A stretch of DNA of 64,000 nt from contig NW_013657678.1 of NCBI RefSeq assembly GCF_000142905.1, positions 434,001 to 498,000 of the forward strand, given 5' to 3'. Of the stretch, positions 31,229 through 42,733 are shown piece after piece (the first letter of the stretch is position 1; each line of letters opens with the position of its first letter). The notes beneath the pieces are model-generated. The model saw nothing but the letters and a program-made list of their open reading frames with translations, did no database searches and had not been told where the DNA came from. This stretch comes from Thecamonas trahens ATCC 50062. Its lineage: Eukaryota > Protista > Apusomonadida. Position numbers and translations under genes: made by a program.

Positions 31229-32284
31229 TTATGATGACGACGACGAGTCCAGCTCGGGCTCGGTGTGCGTCTCGTCTGTGATGGACACAACTTCTACCCC
31301 GGTGATTGGCCGCGACGAGACGGCCAGCTGTCCCGCACGCCGCGACCGCGCCGGACGTGCAGGGCTTTGCCTTTCCCCGCGTGCCCGCGCTGAGCTCGCC
31401 GAGCCGCTTGACCACGTCCGCTCGTGGTGTGATGGGCTTGTTGGCGGCTCGGCTGCGTGTGCAGCTGCCACAGCAGCTGCCACATGCGGATCGGCTCCCA
31501 CGCTGATGACCTTGCGAAAAACAAAGATGTGCGACGATTCTTGACCCCACGAGCCGCCAGACCCATCACCCGAAGACGTCATCAGCTCCCAGCCCCACGC
31601 GGCCGCCGTGTTGAACACGTCAGCCAGCGAGTGGTTCTTGATGTACCAGCCCTCGCGCGGATCGCCGTACACTGTCGACGCCGGAAAGACCCGCACCGCT
31701 GGCGGGTATGTGCCGCCATTGAGAAACGACATGGCTGCCGGCTCGATCGGACCCTTGACCAGAATGGGGTACACCGAGTACTGAAACTGGGAATCGTGTG
31801 ATCGCGTTGTGTGCTTGATCGTCGTGTACGTCGTCACATGCTTGCGCTGCGCCTCGCCCTTTGACTCGCTCAACGGCGAGAGCAGCGCTACCAGCGACGG
31901 AAGGTCGAAGAACTTGGCCTCTTCTAGAACGCCCTTGTACGATATGCTGGGCGAGACAATGAGCTTACCCATGCGGAGGTAGTTGAGAATCGGCCCAAAG
32001 AACGCTGGATCTCGATCCAGCAGAATGGCTCCGGTCTCGTCCTTGGTCGACACCCACTCGCCCGACGCCAGCGCCGCCAGCATCGACGACGGCTCCATCC
32101 GCAGCGTTGTCCTCGTCGTCGCAAACATCGTTCCACCCACGTTGAGCTGGATCCACTCCGAGTCTGACTCGTGCTCGCCGTGACCGCCGTTCGCCCCTCC
32201 CACGCCGTCACCTCCCCCGGCGGTCTCTGCCATTGTCGGTGGCTCTGCCGCCATCTTGACCATCGCCTCGTCCATCGCCGCCAT
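31229..32284 (-). CDS. BTB/POZ (T1-type) KCTD-like protein
   Basis: WIQLNVGGTMFATTRTTL..PSSMLA..ILLDRDPAFFGPILNYLRMGKL..VLEEAKFF. C-terminal domain LADVFN..GWELMTSSG..HIFVFRK. Confidence 0.88.
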   Translation of the reverse strand: MAAMDEAMVKMAAEPPTMAETAGGGDGVGGANGGHGEHESDSEWIQLNVGGTMFATTRTTLRMEPSSMLAALASGEWVSTKDETGAILLDRDPAFFGPILNYLRMGKLIVSPSISYKGVLEEAKFFDLPSLVALLSPLSESKGEAQRKHVTTYTTIKHTTRSHDSQFQYSVYPILVKGPIEPAAMSFLNGGTYPPAVRVFPASTVYGDPREGWYIKNHSLADVFNTAAAWGWELMTSSGDGSGGSWGQESSHIFVFRKVISVGADPHVAAAVAAAHAAEPPTSPSHHERTWSSGSASSARARGERQSPARPARSRRAGQLAVSSRPITGVEVVSITDETHTEPELDSSSSS

Positions 32285-32967
32285 GTCGCCGCCTGTCGTG
32301 CTCGACTGGCTCGACCTGCTTGATCTGCTTGACCGCCTTTGAGCGCGAAGCACCTTCTGGCCCTCTTCCCACGTTCCACAAGCCGCAACCTTGACTTTGT
32401 CGGTCAAGTGTCCTGCACCCGCCTGTTATGCCACCGACACCGTCCGCTGTGGCCTCGTGTCGAGGCCGAACGAGTTGATCAGCAGCCGGAGCGAGTGGCG
32501 GACTCCCCTGGCGGCTCGTTCTGTCTTTGGCCGGCGGCACCAGCGCCAGCACCACCAGCACTTCCCTCGCCGCGAAGGGGGCTCCATCCCAGAGTAAGCA
32601 ACCCATAGCGGAGGGTGCGGCGCAACGTAGTGCAACGCATCCCTAGAGTGGGACGAGGGCGCATGGCACACCGCGCCAAGCGCGAGAGCGTGGGCAAGCC
32701 GTTCTACATTCTACCCCCCCTCCCCCCTCCTCCTCCTCCCCTTTCATACGCATACCCTTGCATGTGCTGTCATCCTCCCATACATATGCAGCGCAGCGCA
32801 TAGCTTCAATGTCGTGGCTCATGGCCAGCCGGGCCGGGCGTGGGGCTTTGACCCGAATGGCGATCGATCGTGGTAGCTGTCACAAGGCCGGCGAATGTGG
32901 TTCACGACCTTTTCCGGAGCGCACGCGCTCGACGTCGCACACTCACCTCGCGAACATACTAGTCGGG

Positions 32968-35652
32968 ATGAGTGCTGATGCGCCGAATCGGGACTCGCTA
33001 GACAAGCTGCAGGCTGCAGGTTTGCGTGGGCTCTCCCCTTCTCTTTGGCAAGCTATGCTTGCGGCAGACTGTGGCGTGACTGCCGAGACGGAGGAGATCG
33101 ACACGGTCAAGGATGCTCTGGTGGCGTTTTGTGAGAAGCGGGCGGCTTCGGAGGTCGAGGGAGTGACCCTGTCTAGGGATGATTGGATTGAGGTTGCCAG
33201 CTCGTGTCTGAGTCACAACTTTGCGGCCAGCCTGTCCGTGGCTGGATTTGTGGACTTCATGCTCACTACTGCAGCGCGGGAGGCTCAGGCCAAGGCTGAG
33301 CTGGAAGCGCAGATTGCGGACAAGGATGCCGAGATTGCGGACAAGGATGCCGAGATTGCGGACAAGGATGCCGAGATTGCGGACAAGGATGCCGAGATTG
33401 CGGAGCTCAAGGCGGTGTCACAGGTGTCCCCGACGTCGAGACTCGAGGTGCCGTACTTGAAGCCAGTGCGGGCCAAACACTTTGCGGGCGTTGTGCCGAC
33501 CGGTAGCCGCTGGGTTGCCTCGCCCGAGCTTCTTCTTGCGCCAATGCTGATGGGTGAAGTGGTGATGGGTGTGCTCTCTCTTGGGACCAGCGGCACGGCC
33601 TCACTGGAAGTGCAGCATCTGGATGACATCCCGGATGCGTGGACAGGCTTTGTGGCATCTGGCCTGCGTAAGGCGAACACGATCGGAAGCACCGTAGTCT
33701 GCCACGAGCTCATCAAGGCTACCTTACCGCTGTTTCGGGGGCTCAGCAACAACCACAAGGTCCAGTCGTTCTACAGAGGCTCGGTTGGCGTGGCAGCGCT
33801 CGAGTCATCGTTGACTCATCGAGTGTGCGAGGGTCTGGGTCACGTCTTTGCCAACCAGCAAGGGACACGGGCTGGGTTCCACTCGTCCAGCTCTCAAAGC
33901 ACATTCTCTGTGGCGTCACCTGTCAAGACCAACCCGAGCCACACGGACCGTGCACGTGCGAAGCGAACCGCAAGCTCTTCGTCACGTAGCCACGAGCCGC
34001 AGACGTCCGGGCTGTACAGCAGCGCAGCCCGGATGAACATTGGGCGGGAGATTGCGGTCTCACATGGGCAAGGTTGGGACGGGGTGAGACCAGTTGACAC
34101 CCAGCTCAGCACCAAGGTGGATGTGCTGTTTACGTTTGAGGAGAACGACATGGTGCTGCCATTGGGACTGTGGGAGCCTGGATTCGATCCCAAATCGGCC
34201 CAGTGTCCGATCACCATGCACAAGAGGAAGCAGGCCTACGGCTACGCGCACAACCTCACGCGGGCCTCAGCGGGCTTTCCGCACACAATGGCGCTCGTGG
34301 CGCTGCGGTCCGAGTACCCGACGCGGGCCAACAAAGCTCTGCAGGTGCGGACGAAAATGGCAGTCGACGGCTATGTGCTCCAGGCTGAAAAGTGCCGCGC
34401 GCTTAAGGCCAAGGCCACCGACGATGAGCCTGTTGAGCACACCGAGCTGGTTCTGGACTGCGTCGAGCTGGTGCGAGCGCTGGAGGCGCCGGCGGAGCTG
34501 GAAGACGACGAAAAGTTTGATTGGTTCATGCGCAAGGTGAGCCAATTTTCGCTGGCGATGTTTGCAGCGGCGCATGTGGCATCCGAGCGCCATGCCGTGG
34601 GCGGGGATGGGGGCGACGGGGTGAAGAACGTGTCGAAAGTGCTGTCCACAGAGGGTAAGATGGTGTACAAAGCGTTTGACGGCTCGAAGACCCGTTCGAT
34701 CAACGAGCATCTTTGGCGCAAGTACGCAAGCGACGTGTTTGTGACCGGCCTGTACCAGGCTGTGGTGGACGACGAGACCGAGGAGGCGATGACTGACATG
34801 GGCATGGCATACCTTGTCGGCCGAGCCAAGGCGGCGGCGCAAGGTGCGGGTGCAAGCAGAGAAGCGCTGCCGTCGGACCGGGACGAGCTGCTGGCGAGCC
34901 TGGAGAACCTGATATCAGAGCAGCAGGGAACCGACAACGACATTTGGGCGATGCAGGCAGCCTGCAATGATCTCCGTGCTGCAGCCAACAGCGGAGGTAT
35001 GCCTGGCAAGCGGGTGCTGGGCAGCGACGGACGCTGGTACCGCGAATACGGACTAGTCATGCGTCTGGTGCCTGCAGTGGCCGACGTGACGGTGGCGCAC
35101 TTTGTGTCGCTGTTCAAAACTCTCCAATGCATGGACAACGACGGAGTGGCCCACCTCGACATCCGCGACGCCAACTTGGTGTTTGGGGCCGACGGGAAGA
35201 CACACATCATCGACTGGGATCTGGCCGGCGTGTCTGGAGAGGCTGTGTATCCGGTTGGGTTCAATTGGGTCACCGACGGCATGCGTGTCGAGTCGGTCAT
35301 GGATGCTGTGGCCAAAAACGAGACCCCTACTGGCTACGCGTGGCACGACGTTGTGGGCGCGGGCGGGGTCATGAAGCTGTACTCCTGCGATTCAAAGGAC
35401 AATCGGACGGTCTGGAAAAAGGTGACCGAGACCCTGGTGAATGTGGACGATGCCTCGTCGGCGAGGTCAGCTTTGGCAGTTGCCATTGAGGAGCTTAGCT
35501 CGAAGGAGAACGTTCGCTTGTGGTGCCTTGGGCGGGAGAAGACCGTCTTGGCAACTGACTCTCCTCCGCTCTCGCCCGATGGATCACCGGCTCGGGCGGC
35601 GGTGGGGTCGTCGTCAGCAGAGTCGTCGCCAGCTGGCTCATCATCGACCTAG
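32968..35652 (+). CDS. Crinkler-like effector: coiled-coil repeat + REase-like domain + atypical protein kinase
   Basis: (EIADKDA)x4; TKVDVLF..GLWE..KRKQAYGY; kinase VYKAF..NE..LVMRLV..AHLDIRDANLVF..IIDWDLAG..YPVGFN..DGMR..HD. No introns apparent. Confidence 0.7.
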   Translation: MSADAPNRDSLDKLQAAGLRGLSPSLWQAMLAADCGVTAETEEIDTVKDALVAFCEKRAASEVEGVTLSRDDWIEVASSCLSHNFAASLSVAGFVDFMLTTAAREAQAKAELEAQIADKDAEIADKDAEIADKDAEIADKDAEIAELKAVSQVSPTSRLEVPYLKPVRAKHFAGVVPTGSRWVASPELLLAPMLMGEVVMGVLSLGTSGTASLEVQHLDDIPDAWTGFVASGLRKANTIGSTVVCHELIKATLPLFRGLSNNHKVQSFYRGSVGVAALESSLTHRVCEGLGHVFANQQGTRAGFHSSSSQSTFSVASPVKTNPSHTDRARAKRTASSSSRSHEPQTSGLYSSAARMNIGREIAVSHGQGWDGVRPVDTQLSTKVDVLFTFEENDMVLPLGLWEPGFDPKSAQCPITMHKRKQAYGYAHNLTRASAGFPHTMALVALRSEYPTRANKALQVRTKMAVDGYVLQAEKCRALKAKATDDEPVEHTELVLDCVELVRALEAPAELEDDEKFDWFMRKVSQFSLAMFAAAHVASERHAVGGDGGDGVKNVSKVLSTEGKMVYKAFDGSKTRSINEHLWRKYASDVFVTGLYQAVVDDETEEAMTDMGMAYLVGRAKAAAQGAGASREALPSDRDELLASLENLISEQQGTDNDIWAMQAACNDLRAAANSGGMPGKRVLGSDGRWYREYGLVMRLVPAVADVTVAHFVSLFKTLQCMDNDGVAHLDIRDANLVFGADGKTHIIDWDLAGVSGEAVYPVGFNWVTDGMRVESVMDAVAKNETPTGYAWHDVVGAGGVMKLYSCDSKDNRTVWKKVTETLVNVDDASSARSALAVAIEELSSKENVRLWCLGREKTVLATDSPPLSPDGSPARAAVGSSSAESSPAGSSST
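33311..33404 (+). repeat. 21-bp perfect coding tandem repeat x4.5 (heptad IADKDAE)
   Basis: AGATTGCGGACAAGGATGCCG, identical copies. Confidence 0.97.
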
Positions 35653-36000
35653 CCGCCGTCAGGGGGTCGGTAGACCCAGAATCACCCCCCCTCCCCTCTG
35701 TTCCCGCCGCACCCGTTCCTTGAAGGCCGGGTCAGCAGCGACTACAGCTGTGGCAAGCTAATGTAAAACTCAACACTCACGGCTGCCGTACCGATCCGAT
35801 GATGTTGCAGCTTTCGTCACTGTGGTCTCGCTCGCCAGTCGCCCGTGACATTCCAGCATCCGTCAGTTGCTGAGCAAAGGCAGACAAGAACGATATGTTG
35901 TTACTCGACTCGGTATCTACGTGACTACACCAACACCAGCAACACGCAACCAAGAGGAAGCCAACTTAGACGAAGAAGGGCTGAACTGGCTGTGTAGTTC

Positions 36001-36142
36001 ATGACCTCGCACGACCGATGGCTTCCTCGACGGAGGGAGTCGGGCACTGACAAGGTCCAGGGCAAGCCGACGGAATCAAACTCGCGCGAACTGATTCCTC
36101 ACTTTGAGTACGGCCGGGCTTGGAGGCTGCATGCGTCTATGC

Positions 36143-36174
<32 letters not shown>

Positions 36175-39100
36175 CTTGGCAATGGTCTTCCAAGCCGACA
36201 TTTCTGCCTATCTTTCAATTGAAACAGAAGCAAATCGTCATTTTGAACACTCACGCAGGCCGTGCGATGTGCGTGACGTGATTTTGATAGGATTGCAGAG
36301 AAGCTCTTCTTGTACAACATTCCGGTCGATCTTCACGACATTGTGGCCGAGGCGTACAAAGCTGGCGATCCTGTGGCGGTGGCGGTCTCGTCGTACTGCA
36401 CCGACTGGGGAACTCGGTCGGACCAGATCGACACCATACTTCGCTACGGCGCGCTTGTCTGCCCGCCGCAGCCACTCAGCCGCAGCCACCTCTCACTGGC
36501 TTCACTGTTCAAGTCTGAGGCTGTGCCAAGTGAGACCACGGCCGCGGATGGTGCAGGTTCGTCGTCCTCGGTCCTCTCGCCATACATCGACGCCGCAGTT
36601 GACTGGCTTGCGCCGGCCAAGGCTGCCAAGGCCGAGAGCTCGCGCGCCAGATCGGGTGGCAAGAAAAAGAAGGGCTCTGGGGCAAGGGCGTTTTCACTTG
36701 CCAGCGTGCTGTTGCATCCGTCGGTCGAGCAAGATTCAAACTCGGACGACGGCGAGGAGGCTGCCAATGCGGCCGATGCGAGCGGCGACAAAGAGCAGGG
36801 CGTCCCGGGCTCGGGGCGCAAAGTAGAGAAGTTGACCAAGATCGGAGCTCAGATGACAAGCCGGAAGGAGAAGCTGTCGCGGGTCTTCTCCAAGGACGTG
36901 AGCGGGTCCAAAGACTCACGCATGGCCGCGTTGACCAACACTGTCCGTCATGCTCCTTTGTCGCTCTTTGTTTCACGCATGGTCAATGCCTCACCGTACC
37001 CGATGGTGCATACACTGGCTGGTGCTGGTGACACCGAGATGCTCGGATGGCTTCTCGGCCAGATCAAGGCCCTGCTGCACGAGGATAAGAATCCGTGGAT
37101 CTCGCGCAGCGACACCGATCCCAATTCGATTGTCGCTCGCATCACAATCTCCCCCAACGAGCTCACGTCGGTCAGTGTCCCCATTGGCGCTGATGACATC
37201 AACGATGTACTTGGCATGCAGGTCTCAATCCCGTTCTTCCGCAAGTGGACCCCGCTCAACCTCGCCATCCAACAGCAGCACCCCGAGATGGTTCAAATGC
37301 TTCTCGATGCAGGACATCTGCCGTGGGCCTGGTGTGGCGGGCTGGACCCGATGGTTCTTGCCGCGTCGGTGAACAACGTGACTGCCATGCGCGCTGTTCT
37401 TCAAAATCGTGCGCGGCGCACAGCTACGCGCACCTTCAACGTGGTTGAGAGGGCGTGCGTATCCCGCAAGACAGTCGACGCTGCGTGGATGCCATTGGCG
37501 TTGCGGGCAGCACTCAAGCACGCTCACCAGGAAGTCGTTGCCTTTATCTTCAATGAGGTGCATGACATCACGGGCGGCAAGGAAAAAGGGGCTGACATCT
37601 CACGACAGGCACTTGTGGCAGGCCTTGCTACCCTGGTCATGGCGCCGCTGGCCCCGCGGGTGGTCCGCCGTGGTGAAGCCGTCACCTTTCTCTCGCTCGC
37701 CGAGCGCGCAGCCGCTCATCTCGAACTGTATGCGGTGCTGCGCAGTCAGCCTCTGTGGCCAACTCCGCTGAGCGCCGCCGAACTTCGGGCCAAGCCGGTT
37801 TTTATCGCCTTGCCACCACCGGAAATCTTCCACTGGCGGAAGCTATTTTCGCGGACTTGGACGCGAGCGTGGACGTGTCGACTGTCATCGAGCGGCCAAC
37901 CGACAGAGACCGCTGCTCGCCGCTTGTCCGCGCGCTCGAGACTGGATCGCTGGACATGGCCCAGTTTCTGGTCGATCGGGGTGCATCGCTGGTGGCGCGG
38001 CGCACCGATGGCGCCGATGCCCTGTACATGGCCGCGCGCCAGGGGCACCTTTCCTGGATTGGTATGCTGCTCAAGAGCCTGTCGGACAGCGATCTCGCCG
38101 CATCCGAATCTTCGCGCGGGCGCGGCTCGGCGCTTCACGCCGCATGCACGGGACACAATCCGGACGTGTTGGCGCTCCTTCTTGCGGATGGGCGGCTCTC
38201 TGTTGAAGAGACAACGGTATCGTCGCTGACACCGTTGGCCACGGCAGCCCGTGTCGGTGCTGCGCGGTGCGCACGGCTTCTGCTCGAGGCCGGCGCCAAT
38301 GCGCTTTTCACCGCCTCGGAGCCGCTCGAGACCCACCCGATTGTCCTCACCATCTGGCATCACCACACCGAGGTGCTCAAGGAGTTTATTCGGGCTGGCA
38401 TCAACCTCAAGCTGTACTCGGAAATGGTGCCGTTGGTGGAGGAGTGCATCCAGCGGTCGTCGGTCGATGTGCTCAACTTGCTCATTGCTGCTGGCGTTCT
38501 GCCCAACGAGAACCAAATCAGCACGGCGTTCATTGTCCAAAAGCCGCGACTCCTCTGGGACCTACTCGCCACCTTTGACCGCTCCGCGTCTTCGACGCGC
38601 GCGCTGCCGACGTGGATTTGGGCTGATGATCGGAACTGCCAGCACGTCACTCTCGGGCTCAACAACGCATGTGTTGTTGTCTACTGTATCTTCCAGCTCC
38701 GCTGGGCCTATGGCCACGATCTTAACGCGCTCCTTGCCCGCCTGCACGGTGACGACCGCTATGCGCAGCTCATCCCATTCCTGGCTTCGGACGTGTGGCA
38801 CACCTGCGAGGTTGCACCGTCGCTGCTCTTCCTCTCGCGGCTGTGTAAGAACCCGCTGACCGCGCTCTGCAGAGCCTCCGGCCTCCCCATCGAGATTTGG
38901 GTCATGGAGATCTTGCCTTACGTTCGATCCGACGCCGAAGTCCGCTCAGTCAAGCCGCGGCATCGTGACTTTGCTCTTGTCTCGCTCAACACACCCATGA
39001 GCGTTCTCCTCGCCAATCACTCGGACAACTCTGAACTCTGCTCGCTCTGGGCCCGGCATGGCCCGTCGATTCCGTTCTCGGTCTTCTTCTTCTCACTCAA

Positions 39101-39317
39101 AGCTGCCCTTGTCGCTCGTCGGCCCGACCTCGTCGTCGCCGCTCTCCACCTCTTGTTTGACGAAAGAGCTAAGAGAGTCATTCCTGCCCACGACCTCGTT
39201 AATTCGCTCTTTCCCATCATCCAAGCGAATACCACCACAGGCAGTGTCGCCCAGATCAAGCCGGCCGTCTCAAGCCCACAACCAGCAGTTGGCTCATCCA
39301 ATGGCTCGCTCAGCTAA
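36001..39317 (+). CDS. Large ankyrin-repeat protein; intron 36108-36290; frameshift near 37808
   Basis: WTPLNLAIQQQHPEMVQMLLDAG, SPLVRALETGSLDMAQFLVDRGA, ALYMAARQGH, SALHAACTGHN, TPLATAARVGAARCARLLLEAGAN. A GT..AG intron joins PHFE|IAEKLFLYN in frame. ORFs 36310 and 37755 join with one extra C. Confidence 0.8.
36143..36169. repeat. (GT)n microsatellite in ankyrin-gene intron
   Basis: Read directly. Confidence 0.9.
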
Positions 39318-39538
39318 ACTCACAGTCAATGTTAAGAGCAACAACGCTGCACAGCACAGTACAACTCCTGGTTGCGCATCGAGTAACGTGGAGAAAGGAT
39401 CGAGCATGTTGGCGGGTGGTGCTTGTCAGTCGGTCGAGCGAGTTGGCTGATCGGTCGGGCCGGCACAAGGGGGGGGGTGAGCCATCATACTCCGCCACCG
39501 CTCTCGAGTCGAAGACCACCTTCCGAGTGCACAGGCGG

Positions 39539-39584
39539 GAGAGAGAGAGAGATAGAAAGAGACGTGTAGAGAGAGAGAGAGAGA
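39539..39584. repeat. Interrupted (GA)n tract upstream of USP22-like gene
   Basis: Read directly. Confidence 0.85.
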
Positions 39585-39665
39585 GGACAGGAGAGGCAAT
39601 TGAGCGCGTGTGAGTTGTGCTCTGCTGCTGTTCCGCAGTCTGTAGCCGTTTGAGTGTGGTGAGTC

Positions 39666-41488
39666 ATGGCTGCGCCTCCCCCGGTTTGTGCCCATGCCCT
39701 TCCCCTTCGCAATGGCTGCGCCCATTCCAACCAGCTCGCAGCCGACAAGACCGCCCTTGGTGACCTCACCGCAGGCGTTGCTCTTGGTCGTCTTGTCCTC
39801 CATGGCGCAGCTGCACCTCTGTCCTGCCGTGCCTGCGACTCGGCTGCCGCCGCTACCAAGACCAATGGCGGCCAACACCTGCCGAAGTCACCTCTTGATG
39901 CCGGCCTGCACCTCTGCGCCCACTGTCCGGCCATGTCGTGCTCCCGGGCCCATGCCGCCGCACACGCTGCCACCCACCCGGACCACAGCCTAGCGGTTGT
40001 CATCGACTTTGATGCCGTCTTTTGCTTTGCATGTGCGCGCTTTGTCTACGACAACGCCATCGATGCCGCCCTGGCCGCAGGCACCCTCGCCGCCCGCGCC
40101 CGCATCCGCTCGTGGGCTGTTCCCGCCGCCCATCTCCGCGTCCACTCGGCCGAGTGGCTTGTCAGTGCTGAAGACATGGCCGCAGCCTCGCAGCGGGTCG
40201 GTGTCAAGCGCGCGCTCGGCGAGCCATCGTCAGCCGAGGCGTCTGAGGTCGACGACGTGGGTATGCGGATCAAGAAGCGCCGGCGCGGGCTGCGCGGGCT
40301 CAACAACTTTGGCAACTCGTGCTTTATGTCGTGTGTCCTGCAGACGCTTCTTCACAACCCGCTGCTTCGGGCATACTTTCTCTCGCACCTGCACGATCCA
40401 ACCAAATGCACCGTGGCCAAGAAGCGGTGCCTGGGGTGCAACATGGTGAGTCTTTTTACGCAGACTCTCTCGGGTTCGTCGCTGCCGATGAACCCGTCTG
40501 AGTTTCTGCACTCGATCTGGGTCCACTCCAAGTACCTCGCTGGCTACGAGCAGCAGGACGCGCACGAGTTCCTCATTTCGGTCCTCGACGGCATCCACAC
40601 GCACTCGCGCAACCAGGTTCCGCTGCCTGTGGCTTCGGTGCCGCTGCCGGCACGGCCGGCACCGCGCTGTTCGTGCGTTGTTCACTCGGTATTCTCCGGC
40701 ATCCTCTCGTCCAAGCTCGTCTGCCTCTCGTGTGGGGCTTCGTCGCCGTCGTACGACCCGTTTGTCGACGTTTCGCTCCAGATCTCGTCCGAAGTCAAGG
40801 CGCTCGAACAGTGCCTGCTCAACTTTACTTCGTCAGAGCGGCTGAGCGTCGAGCTTCCGTGCCGCGCGTGCGCGCCCGAGGGCAAGCGGCCGTTTACCAA
40901 GCGGTTGCAGTTCCAAGAGCTGCCGCTTACTCTTGCTATCCATCTCAAGCGCTTTGAATCGCATGGAGGAACCGCCACAGGCTCTTCTGTCAAGCTCTCG
41001 GACTTTGTCTCGTTCCCACTGGTCCTCGACATGGCCCCGTATGTGGCCCGTGAGTCGCAATCCGGTTCGACCACGCCTTCACCACAGCAGGCGCCGAGCT
41101 CGACAGCCCCGACTGGCGAGGCCCGCGCTCCGCCTTCGCTCGACATGTACGAGTACGAGCTTTTGCCGTCGTCGTCCACATTGGCTCCATCGACGCCGGA
41201 CACTACATTGCCTACGTACGCGTTCCGGCGCCAACGGTCGGCGCCGCCGCCGTCCCGGCGTCGCAGCTCTGGTTCCGCTGCGACGACGCGGTCGTCACGC
41301 TTGCTACCGTCAAAGAGGTCCTTGCCTCCGAGGCCTACCTCCTCTTCTACGTCAAGCGCGAGATCGACTACCACGATCTCGGAAAGACCGAGATCATCAG
41401 CGCGTCGTCGTCCACGCCGCGTGCTGCGCGATCCTCGGTCCTATCACCTACAGCCTCTTCGCCACGCACCTTTCCGCCGCAGGCATGA
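39666..41488 (+). CDS. USP22: Ubiquitin-specific protease USP22/Ubp8-like (ZnF-UBP + C19 peptidase); frameshift at T-run 41161-41164
   Basis: ZnF CAH..CRAC..CAHC..C..H..H..H..FCFACARFVYD; GLRGLNNFGNSCFM; LAGYEQQDAHEF; YDPFVDVSL; HLKRFE. After adding one T: FAVVVHIGSIDAGHYIAY..WFRCDDAVV..EAYLLFY, stop TGA at 41486-41488. Confidence 0.9.
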
Positions 41489-41501
41489 CCCTTCTGCTGC
41501 T

Positions 41502-42733
41502 TCATCTGTCGCCACGAGCTCGCAGCCACTCAACGTACGCGTCAATGAGGCCTGGCCAAGAGCCGTCGTCGATGCCGTCCTCGGTGTAGTTGCTGGCGTC
41601 GGCCGCAGCAAGCTGGTTAAATTCGGCAAAGCAGAGCCACTCGTCGTGCGTCACCACTCGCGCCTTGCAGGCATCCGACGCCAGAAAGGCCACAAAGGTT
41701 GGCACATGCGCTGCATCGCTCCGCCCGGTGAACAACAGCTGGAGCATGGCGGATGCAACATCCTTGCCTACATTGCGCTGCGACTTGGACGCGCGACCAA
41801 ACTCGTGGGCAAAGGCGTACAGGTTGCGAAACTCTGCCGCATCCATCGCCGCCGGTGCCAGCCTTGCCAGCTGAGCCGGCGCTCGCAGCTCGCGCAGCGC
41901 CCGCACACCCATTCGCTCCAGGCCGGCCACAAACTCACTCCGCGAGAAGTAGCCCATTCGGCTCGCGCCCATGTTGGCTGCAATCGACAGTACCTCGGGT
42001 GCCGATGGCAGAAGACCCACGTCGAAGCAAAACTCCTCGACTGCCGCGGGGCCCATGATCTCATCGCTGCCACCGTGCTTTGTCACGTAGTGAGCAAACA
42101 GAGCTTCGCAGTTGGCATCTAGCACCGTCTCTGACGGTGTCGGGTGAGCAGCCAGCGCCTCACGCATCAGTCGCTCTTGCTCCTTAAAGTTGAGATCTTC
42201 GACCTCGGCCGAGTCTGCCCCGCTTGCATCTCGTGCTGTAGCCTCTGCGTGCGAAGCAGTGGGGGATGGCGTGACATCGGCAGCGGCAGGGGGTAGATCA
42301 GAAGTGGCAGCAGTTGGGTCAGGATCATCATCATCAGCAGCAGGAGATGGATTGGGATCGGCGGCCGCAGCAGGGGGTGCCTCGGTGGCAGGGGTAGGAG
42401 ATGGATCGGTAGCGGAGCGGGGCGGGGCAGCAGCCGCAGCCGACGATCTGGCAGCAGCCGCAGCTCTTGCACGCTTGATGACCATCTCCTTGCGGATACG
42501 CGAGATGCGGAACCAGTGTGGGGTGCGAGGGTGGCAGGCATGCTGAGCTAACAGGACCAGTGTCTCAAGCAGAGCCTCCTCGTCACCGTCGGCAACATAG
42601 GCCAAGTAGGGGCAACCACGGCAGACTCGCCGCGGTCGTACCCTCGCAGCAGAACCTCGCCTTGGGCCTGGCATTGCTTCAGCCGCTCTGCATGCCGCTC
42701 TACAACCTCAGCAAACGTTTTCCGCGTCTCCAT
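41502..42733 (-). CDS. DCN1-like (PONY domain) cullin neddylation E3; N-terminus via frameshift near 42610 or alternative start 42485
   Basis: IMGPAAVEEFCFDVGLLP..IAANMGASRMGYFSRSEFVAGL..FRNLYAFAHEF..DEWLCFAEF..Y.ED..SWPGLIDAYVEW. Confidence 0.88.

Noticed and set aside
32700-35760. REase-kinase locus as a transposable element
   Set aside because: No terminal repeats, target-site duplication or transposase/RT motif visible.
41165-42122. C-terminal ~320 aa of the 818-aa ORF
   Set aside because: Out-of-frame read-through after the T-run, overlapping DCN1 antisense; the true USP His box is in another frame.
39666-42733. USP22, DCN1 and KCTD as a ubiquitin-system cluster
   Set aside because: Different complexes; plausible by chance at this gene density.
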